A stretch of 64,000 bases of DNA, from NCBI RefSeq assembly GCF_011745625.1, contig NW_027191475.1, positions 1 to 64,000 on the forward strand, read 5' to 3'. Under the pieces are notes generated by a model that searched no databases, had not been told where the DNA came from, and saw only the letters and a list, made by a program, of their open reading frames with translations. Positions 54,602 through 64,000 of this stretch are shown here, piece after piece. Positions within the stretch are counted from its first letter, which is position 1; every line of letters starts with the position of its first letter. The translations under genes were made by a program, and so were the position numbers. The DNA is from Cladosporium halotolerans (lineage: Eukaryota).

Positions 54602-56862
54602 TCACTCGTCACGTTCATCTCCATCGTCTTCTCCGTCCTCACTCTCCTCGTCGTCATCCCTCGCCTTGCGCTTCTGGCCAGGCCGACCCAGCAACACCTG
54701 AGAGCGCACCCTCTGCGCCCACCCGCGACCCCTGCGCGTCGCCAGACCTTGCCCGCCGGTCTCGTGCCACTCCTTCCGCAGACGATCGACCAGGGATTGC
54801 ATCCCTGTCTCGCTGCGGGTGGCACCGAAGACGCGGTTGAACTCGAGCAGCAGGTCTGGGATCTGCTGCAGGGGCCGCTCCCCCTGGGTCTCGTTGACCC
54901 TCTCCATCACCCACTCCCTCTGCTCGCGCGTGTAATCCTCACGCGCGGTGGTGCGGAGCGCCGGCCACTTCCCGCGCTGGTGCGTCTGCTCTCTGTGCTT
55001 GTTGAGAGCAGCGACCTTGTTCGCGTCGCCCCAGTTCATGGTGGCGGCGTGCGTCCACTTCTTCCAGCCGCGCGCGCCGTAGCACCAGAACTTGTGCGGC
55101 TCGACCACATTGACGTGGCAACGAGAACGGTCGATGGTGATGCGCCGGGTGCCTTCGACGCGCGTCGCGTAGTTGGCGTTCTCGCCGCCGGTCTGGTCGT
55201 GTGGTCCACCAGGCTGCCCGTTGGTGGGGTCGTGTTGAAGGCCGCCCGTTGACTGGGCGGATGGAGGAGTGGGCGCGTCAAGCGCGCGAGGGCCAGCGGG
55301 CGTCGGCGTCGCAGGCTGGGGGGAGGAGACAACAACCATCTCGAAGAGTTGCTGTTGCGTTGCCGTTGTCATGAACGGCTGGTTCGGATCCATATCTCCA
55401 GGGATCCAGACAAGATCGATCTCTGCAGTGAGATCTTCGCGTCCCTCCGAGACGAACGACTCGCGAAGACGGTAGATCTGCTCAGCCGTCGGGTGCTCAG
55501 GCAGATCGCGACTGCCGCCAAAATTGATGGCGGCGAGACCCTCGTCGGAGTCTTCTCCTCCCTCGGTCAAGAACCGCCAGGTGCCATGTCCCTGCGGTTG
55601 TTCGATCGGGTTGCGGAACCTTCTATCGGGCCAGAACACAACGAAGGGGCCAGCGTTGGTGCCGAACCCGTGTGGAAGATCGCCTCGCATGCGTGCATTG
55701 TTGACCTCGTTGGGCGTGTTGAAGCCCAACTCAACGGCGCTTTGGTGATCGTAGGTCGGGTCGAGGAATGTAAGTCTCCCAAGGCCCCAAACATTGCGCG
55801 ACGGATTAACGATACCGCCATGCTCCCTCGCCTCTTCAACCTCGTCGGTGCGATCTCTAGGAACGCGACGGGGTGGTGAAGCCATCGGTGTCTGTTGAGG
55901 GAGAGGCAGCGCGTTAAGGTCCCCGATCACGGCTCTCGGGAGGTGAGTTTCACGCTGCGGGTGATTGCTTTCCCAGCGGTAAGACGCCAGCATTCTCTGC
56001 GGCGTGAACGAACCGGCGACCGATCCGTCGAATTCTTCCATCCATTCAATCTCCATCGCATCGGTCGTTGGGAGGTCCAGGCCGTTGATGTCGCGTCTCA
56101 GCTGTATATGGCCGCTTGGCAACACGACGATGACAGACTCCATGCCTTCGACGTTCGTAGCTGGAAAGCGACGTGCTAGATGCGGCTGCCTCTGCTCGAC
56201 ATTGCCCAACGTATACGCGCCGTCGTGGCCCGAGTTAGGGATTGGGTACGCAGGTGGAAAGGGATACATGTGGTCCAGATAGCCAGGGACTGGAACCACG
56301 GTACTGCTTGCCTGATTATCCAACCCAAGTACGCGAGATTCCGCGTCGTCCTCGAGCATCATAATATGACTCGGGCGTAGGAACCAGCAGGGAAGGCCAG
56401 AGTGACGAAGGTACTCTTGGTACCAGTCCTCGGTGTAAGGCGGCGGGTCGTTCGCATCTCCGTCGCGCCGAAATTGCCGAGTCCAGGTCCCGTCTGCGTG
56501 ACGAACGGCGACCATATCGGGCGGCGTGAGGAGGACAAACGACCTTTCGTGGCCGTTTTCGTCGCGGTATCGGCTCACGTAGCCCTCCGGGCGCCTACTT
56601 AGCTCCGCTAGATTACGGCGGTTTTGAAAGCGGCGGGCGTAAGCAACTAGCACCTCAGGGCTCTCGGTAAATCGCACTGTATCTGTTAGCGTTGATGACT
56701 ATCGAGGGGCCTTTGACACATACCCTCGAGGCCTTCAAGAAGATAGCCGAATGTTGCTTCCGGCGTAGCAGGCGGGCTGTCGTTAGCATTGCCTTGATTG
56801 TTATTGTCATTGTCGACTTGATCCCCGGTCGCACGGCTGGGTTGATCGTTCGGCGCCGCCAT
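54602..56862 (-). CDS. Orphan nuclear protein with C-terminal Myb/SANT- or HTH-like domain; intron 56677-56723
   Basis: Exon 1 MAAPNDQPS...YLLEGLE joins the 691-codon ORF via GTATGT...CTAAC...CAG. The C-terminus is MNWGDANKVAALNKHREQ...YTREQREWV...LLLEFNRVFGATRSETGMQSLVDRL, then KRKAR (NLS-like) and an acidic tail. Minus-strand AATAAA at 54547-54552. The domain call is by eye. Confidence 0.75.
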
Positions 56863-59800
56863 CTCAGCGCTGTCGCGGTTGCTGGTGTTTGTTGTACCGC
56901 ACAGGTTGCCGAGAGGGAGTCGAGGATCGTACATGCGCTGTCGGCACGACTACGTTGACAACAAAAGTGCAGCCACAGGGAGGGTGGACGTGACTGTGCG
57001 ATGTTGGCAAAGTATGTGGAGGTCGTGGTGCAGGCAGAGGAAAGTAGGCGGACGGAGGGTCGGTTGGGAGGTTGAACAACAAACGGACGCAGTTGGAAAG
57101 CACAGGACTCCTTGAGCACGATCGCGTGCTAGTGAATGACAACGGGAAAGCATCTGACTTCGGCTTGACAAGGTTCCGGACGGGTGAAGCGTTTGCCTCG
57201 TGAAAATTGTGAGTGAAGTCTGGCGCGTCCAGAGGACTTTATTCACTGTAACTCTAACCCTCAATCCACACGCGCTGTCAGCTGTAACAAGGTTGAACGA
57301 CGAAGCAGACTTACACGTATCGACTAGTTAATCGAATGCTGCTCAAGTTATAGCTAGCTTGCACATTTTTCAGGATACTGCAAGTGTAATAGACGGCTTG
57401 TACGTGTTGCAGGACACCACACATGATATAGCCAACTTGTATGTGTTGCTAGATGCTACACATGTTTGTCGCTAACTTGGAGATGTTAAGAACATCTTGT
57501 GGGTCTTCCAAGATGCTTTGGGACCGAATCTGACGTATAGGGATCTTCCATACATGCCTCAAGCAAATAGCATACACTTCCATGAGATGAAGTGGCGATG
57601 GCGGACTTAGACAAAGGGGCAAGCTGCGCTGAAACAAAGATCAAGAATGGGCTGCATTAGGACTTTCATGATTCACACCTCATGGAAGAGCGGTCTCGCG
57701 GCAAGTGCGAAATAGATGACAAACGCTTCACTACGGACTGTCAGCCAAATGGCGGATTGGGCGAACATAACTGAATAGTGGGGATGGGGCAAGTGTCAAC
57801 GCTACAACAAGCAATTTTGGCAGAATTGAGAAGTGAATATGTCCGCAGATACGCAGGCTTCCGCTCCAATTTGTGTGCCTTTCAGCTCGCAGTCAAGTGC
57901 TGAATCCATTACATGGTGAACAACAGCCTAGTTGGCCGCGAATGTGCGAAGGACGCCTCTCCCGGTGGTAGAGTGGATTGACGAACGTCCCATCTGTTCG
58001 AAGAGGTAGGGATTTGATAAACTCAAGCTTTGGGGCCGCATTTCAGATTGAGAAGGCGGTTTGCACAGTGTTTGTGATATAACAGCGTATTGTTCGTAGA
58101 TGTGAAGTCGAAATCCTCGGGGGAAGCTGAGAGCGATTGCCGAGCACTGACCGAGCGCGCGCGGACAACAACACCATCGTTGTCCCTAGCACCAGACCCC
58201 GCCCATGCCAGGAAAGCTACCAATATCCCCTGCTTCTGATGCATACATTAGGGCGGGGACCTCTTTGCAAATGCTCTTCCGAGCCAAAGACTGACGCGGA
58301 AGAGCTAGACGCGCTGGAATGTGAATTGAGTTTACTGTTGACAGTATGATCACAATGCAGGGAGGTTTTTCTCGGATTCCAAGACCTTGACGCTATGCAG
58401 CACGCGGTTTGCCGTTCCGATGCTGGCTCATCGCCATGAACCACGCTCAACCCTCAGCTTGCGACTGCCGTGGAAAGCCAGCGACAATGGAGAAAGACGC
58501 CCACATCAAAGCCACCGGTCCATCCGATAATGGATGCCCGTTCACGCTCAAGATACCAACAATTGTGTCAAGCCCCCTGATACATGCGAGCTGGGCTTCT
58601 ACGGCACCTCGTGAAGTGCTGAGCTGTAAGAAGAGCCTGGGAAACATTAAAGAGACGTATGAGCGTCGGAACATGCGGAACAATGGCCTGAGAGGACAAA
58701 GGTTATATTGAAGACGTTTTTGGCGACTCCAAGGTTCCTTCGTCCGCCCAAAGCAATCGCGTTTCGAGGCGCTGGGTTGGTATAACAAAGGCACAGTACG
58801 TTTCTTCCCCGCTGTGATGGTGGGACTTGATGTTTCAGCAAGATAGTCTCAAAGGTATCAGCTGTCTGTTGGTGAGGAAGGTGGAGGAAGAGCTTTGTAG
58901 TGGACGTGATTAACGTGCAGCCGCCTTTCACAGAGGCTTTAGAGATTGGAGCATAGCCGTACAGTTGTTGGAGCACAGATGTGTAGTTATTGGAGCTAAG
59001 AATCTGGGTGGTCATTCCGTGCTGAAGAGCCTCATATTGCTGAATGGCGTTGCAGAATCTACAAAATCGTAGGCATTCACAGCAAATTCATTCTGAACTC
59101 CTCGGATCGGCCGCAAACTCTGCGACGGCAGTTCAAGCTCAGTTTCACCGTTTTCAGGAGGTTACAGAGACTCAGGTTGCATACCAATATTACTTCCATC
59201 CGTTCCTGGCGGGTTTGGCCAGATCTTCCTCGGGTTCTAGCCGCCAAAGGTCGAAGGGCCCTCTCTGCGCCTTCTTTCCAGGCATTTGGGCAGCTTCTCG
59301 CTCGACCCCTCTTCTCCAAACCTCGTTCACAGCAATTGCGGTGCCAGAACACCGTGTATCAACACAGAGAACATGGAGGCTTAGCCAGCAGTTCATGCCT
59401 TCAAGGGGCTGTAAAATAGGTCACTGGCGAGCATTGCCTCTGAACCTCCCAAAGAAGAAACGAGGAAATTGATACTGACAAGTCAGTCACTCGACCTTTC
59501 TGCTCTCTGGCTACATTTACAGCCTTCTTGGCGTTGAACCACATGTAAGAGGTAAGGGTTTTCCAAGCGGCCGCAGTGGCTCTCATCACCGTACATCCGT
59601 CTCTCGACTCCACACCTATAGTGCGAACGAAGAGATCCAACCGAGAGCATTGCTCTGACCAATTTCGCTTCCCAGCGGCCCAGAATGCTGCTCCAATCAC
59701 CGGTCAGAGCGCTATCTATGCGTTGACAACGAAACTTCATTGCCACGGAGCTGCGGAAGCAAGGGAGCAAGTGGTACTACCGGCAAAAGCGAAACGAGGA

Positions 59801-61804
59801 AGCAGTACAAGGCATTTCCTACAGAGAACACCATGACCGAATGTTGCTCGCATCGATAGAAGGCACCGCTCGAGCTTTTAAGAGGCGTAGACAAAGGTAC
59901 AATATGTCAGAGACAATTAGGGCAGAATACACAGCAGTAATCGGCAAATGATCATTCCATCGCAATATTGAGTGAGTACCTCATTGGTCGCTAAAGAGGC
60001 CGCGGGGTTCAGACATTAGAGCTCTGAATCTTATTGATCATCTGGCGAGGTGATGCACATTCAACAAGGGAAAGCTCTTCTCCAGCGACAGACTTCGGCC
60101 AGAGCTCCCCTATTTCGAAAGTGAACCATCTCAACGAAACGCCCTTCTTTACGTTCGTCGGCAAAAGACCATCACGCCCTCAAACCGACATTAAACCCGC
60201 ACAGGAGTGCCCTCAGCCAACAACCCAGGTCCCTTCGATCCATCTCCACTGGCCAAACTCTTCCTCCGTAGTTCGTTTATCAAGGCAGCACCATGCGCCA
60301 CGCGTTCACAAATGCCGCCTTCTCAGAAGCTTCCTCCTGTTCGCCGCACACAGGCCTTGCAAGCAAATTCCTGCTTTCCACTGTTGAGAGTCCACATGTG
60401 GCAACGGTCCGAAGATCAAAGAACACAAGAGCTAGACAATGAAGATAGGACGGAGAAAGAGGATGGGGGAGTACAGACTACGGCGCCGGGAGGCTAAAAG
60501 CACCAGGTGGCACTGTGGCGAGAAGGCAAGCCCTCTAGATGATTCCGTGATAAAACAAGGTTGAGGCTTCTGCTTCTCTTGAGCCGCAAGGGCTCTGTCG
60601 AGGCGCTCATGGCCACCACCAAATACCAATCGGTGGATCAGGCGTGGGGGAAGAAAGGCCCTCAAGGCATTACAAGATGCAATTCACTGTGAACAATATC
60701 TGCTCGCGGTCCGCAACCCATTCGCCTGCCGTGGCGAAAGTGCATCATCCTCATGCTCGATCTTCCGGCAACCATGAATCCAGTCCACGCGCGAGGGCAA
60801 CAGCAGACTTTTTCGATGGAACACGATTCACAGGTCGCGCTTCTCCCTCATACCCTTGAAAAGTTTCGTTTCGAACGACAAAGACCCTCGGCTGTTGGCC
60901 CGCGAAGAAGACACCAGTATCCGCAGGGACCTCTTCCTCATATGCCCTGCGAGCGCACTCTGTCTTCGTTGGCGGAGAGTTCAGGATTAAGAACTTCGAA
61001 TAGACCGCCGCTGGAAACACATTCTGGCCATACTTGCTAGCCTCACAGCTGAAACCAGCAACGCTAGGATCCCCTTCCCGATCCATGTTCTTGAACTTTC
61101 GGAAAGATTGAAGAAGTGAGGACGCAGCGAGCCTCCACAATTTAGGGGCACTACAAAGCTTTATCAGAAGTGCAGAGGCCAGACCAGTAGAAACCAGACC
61201 ACAATATTACAAGATATCTCTGAGCAAGCTCTTACCTCTGAGCACTTGCGAGCTGCCGGCGTTCCCGGTGGTATTGTCCAGCCCATCGATCTGCACATGC
61301 TGGGCAACCTTTGCTCCACCTGACTGGCTATGGAACAAGCGAGAATACCGAAGCCCAAAGAGAATCCTTGGGTAAGGGTGGCGGGGCCCTGGGCAAGAGA
61401 CGCAATGTCGAGGCGGACACCTTTGAGGAGGCGGAACAAGGCGGCGTCCCAATTCGCCTGGTGCTGGCAAGGAGATTCACTCCAGTCGATATCCGTTTTG
61501 GAACGTGCGTTGCGCATTTTCATTTGCTTGAGGAACCCCTGGCAAATGCCGCGCGGCTGGGAGGAAAGGGCAAGGATGGGAAAGCGAGAGGTCGGCGCGG
61601 ACCTGCTGGGCAGACAGTGTGGCAAACACTGCTGCTGCGTTGTAATTCTAAACGGGGAAAGGGGCATTGAGAATGTCAAAGGTAGGAGTGCTTTTTCTTT
61701 TATTCGTACATCGCCGGGGGCATTCTGCTGCCCAGCTCTCTTGTAATCTGTACAGGTCTAAATACACAATTCAAGGGCCATGATAATCAAGCTCAAGAGC
61801 TCCT

Positions 61805-63386
61805 CTACTCCTCGCCCTTGGCCCTGTAGTTATCAGCCTCGTACCTCTTTCCTCTGAACGCCCACACGCCAAAGTTGCCACAGCTGACATCACCCGGATC
61901 CAAATCGTTCAGGTCCCACCTCAGACTCCTGAAGCGGTTCTCGCCAGGCTCAAGCAGCAGGTCCATCTCGCCGCCGGCCTGCGTCTTGACCCAGTCGATG
62001 TCGCGCTTCATGTCAAAGTCCGTGTAGCCCGTGCAGATGACGGGGACCTTCATGTCGAGCAGCTTCGGCAGCGTCTGCTGCCACTCGTGCGAGCTGGCCG
62101 GGTGACCGAGGCCCGGGTGGAAGCAGACGACAGCGTCGAAGTACGGGTCGAAGGGGCCGAAGTGTTGCGCCTCGTGCAGCGTGTGGAAGTAGTCGACGTA
62201 GGTGCTGATTTTCATCTGGCCGCCCAGGCGGTCTTCGACGATCGCGCCGAAGGGGTTGGACGGCGTGCGCTCTGGCAGAGGGAATTCGTGGTCGCGGTTC
62301 GCCATGCTCTCGGGGCCGATGAAGATGAGGTGGAAGGAGATGCGGGGGAAGAGGTGCGAGAGCTGCAGCCATACTTCGCGGGGGAGAGAAGATTCTGCGC
62401 GAGCGCCGAGTATGAAGATGCGAACCGGTGGCGGGTTTGGTCGGAGACCCTTGACGGTAATATCGGCACCGGAGCGCGGGGGATGCAGGGTGTAGCGGAG
62501 TGCTGGGAGCATGCATTAGTATCAGTTGGATGGAAGATGGGGCGCGCGTCGACTTACCACTCATAGACCTCAGGCCCTCTGACGTTAACCTTCCGCTTTT
62601 TGAGATATTATACGGGCTCAATTCGTGCAGCACGCTGCCCACAGTGATAGGGTAGGTCAACAACCTTGTAACCTGTCTCATTGCCCTCTCGTCGTTGACA
62701 GCATTGAACTCTCGCGAGTACATGAGGGTATCCCAGTTCGTCAAGTTGACTTGCGCCTCGTCCATTGTGGCCGCTGGATATTCGAATTCGGGAAAGAAGC
62801 GCCCCGAGACCAGGTCGTGATCATCCTCGTTGATTTCCCTGAGCTGGTCGCAAATCTCAAGATGTGCTTCGTAGTCGTCGGCAAAATGCTCTTCGGAGCA
62901 AGAAACAGGAATGCCACAGTCGGGGCATTCATAACGAACATGGGCCGGGGGGAGAGAGCCTGTCTTTCGCGATTCCAAGTCATTGGGGGAGGTTGGTGTG
63001 CGCGTCGCCTGGTGCTCTGGATGGGGACAGTATGCGTTCTGCTTCATGACAGCCGCCCTTTGGCGAATGGCTGGAGACGGCGAGTTGGAAAATGAGTGGA
63101 ATAGATTGTTCGGCTGCAGCATGACCTGGCTCCCGTCTCTTTGCTTGTCCGTAGTCCTCCCCCGAGGCGTCGAGTACGGCGGTGCCTCATTTGCGGGTTG
63201 GTGCAGCGAGTCTACGCCAGGAGCTGCGCTTTGCCGGGCAGAGTGGTGAATCTGGCGTTGCTTCGAAGATTGTACAGCGGCGGAAGATGCAAAAGTACGG
63301 CGATTCGCGGCATGCCGGGCGGCAGGACGGGCAGCAGGCACTGCGGCCATGCGCAGGCATCTTGTGCAGATGTTCTTGGACGCCAT
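61805..63386 (-). CDS. MSS51: Mitochondrial Cox1 translational activator Mss51; intron 62503-62557
   Basis: Presequence; LQPNNLFHSFSNSP, YECPDCGIP..CSEEH, LREINEDDHDL.SGRFFPEF, NWDTLMYSREF, LTYPITVGSVLHELSPY|ALRYTLHP, IFILGARAESSLP, FHPGLGHP, NFGVWAFRGK. An alternative ATG lies at 63407. Confidence 0.96.
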
Positions 63387-64000
63387 AGCCGAGATTGTTG
63401 CTTGCATCCGACGCAGTCTCGCAATGGACGAGGCTCGTTGACGTCGATCGAAGCGTGGGAGGGCCCGAAGGAGATGGACAAGCCGGCGCCGGCTCGGCGA
63501 GCGATGATGGCTGGCCGCAGCTCCCCGCGTGTCGGTGGTTGCTGGCGGCCTCGCTAAGATTTGAGCGACTATCGACTTCAAGGGCGAGGATCCTTGTTGC
63601 TGCTGCTCCGCGCATTGCACCGCAACGTCTGTCGCTTCACTTACGCCGGGCGCGAACAGAAGGAAGAGCGATACTTCGGGAGGGGACACACGATTTTGCG
63701 CGCAACATACGGGCCCGGCGCGTACTTGAAGAAAGAGCGCGGGATAAACCACCAGGACACCGGACACGAGAAGGAACCGGCGTGCTTGCTTGGATCCACG
63801 ATTACAGGCTACGGGCTTCCAATTCTCACGCGGCCGGAAATCCACAGCTGTGCTGTCACTGTCGTTGCTTGAGCCGACTGCGACTTTGGGGTCCTGAGGC
63901 GCCGACTGAGTCTACGTCGCCGCCTGCGTTTTCCCTGCGAGCCACCGCCCACCGCCCACCACCCACCGGTCGCAACACCGACATCGTCTTCCTTCCGCCT

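Noticed and set aside
61740..61775. Puf3 elements in the MSS51 3' UTR
   Set aside because: Only near-matches (UGUAUUUA, UGUACAGA) to UGUANAUA were found, which is too weak to call.

Overview
This window is filamentous ascomycete genomic DNA. Short GT-AG introns with CTRAC branch points and the gene content suggest Pezizomycotina, probably Dothideomycetes (inference). Positions ~1.2-49.8 kb and 61.8-64 kb are ordinary gene-dense sequence: PUF3, TIF6/eIF6, CBF1-like bHLH, GH5 exo-glucanase, AIM32-like ferredoxin, an SRA/YDG protein, DUF4202, a DHA1 MFS transporter, ATG27, EBP, a repetitive GPI wall protein, DML1, LHS1, a NIPA transporter, a bZIP factor, DUS1 and MSS51. Between DUS1 and MSS51 lies a ~12 kb gene-poor accessory island. 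It holds a decayed zinc-finger/retroelement-like relic, a solo-LTR-like element, a strongly base-paired hairpin/pseudoknot block and an inverted 'anti-repeat'. It also holds an 11-unit, 116-118 bp non-coding tandem array, each unit with two conserved boxes at a fixed 33 bp spacing. The array abuts the 3' end of an orphan gene with a C-terminal Myb/HTH-like domain. This structured block + anti-repeat + array + putative DNA-binding protein cassette is the best candidate for an undescribed system. All calls come from reading the sequence by eye; no database searches were run.
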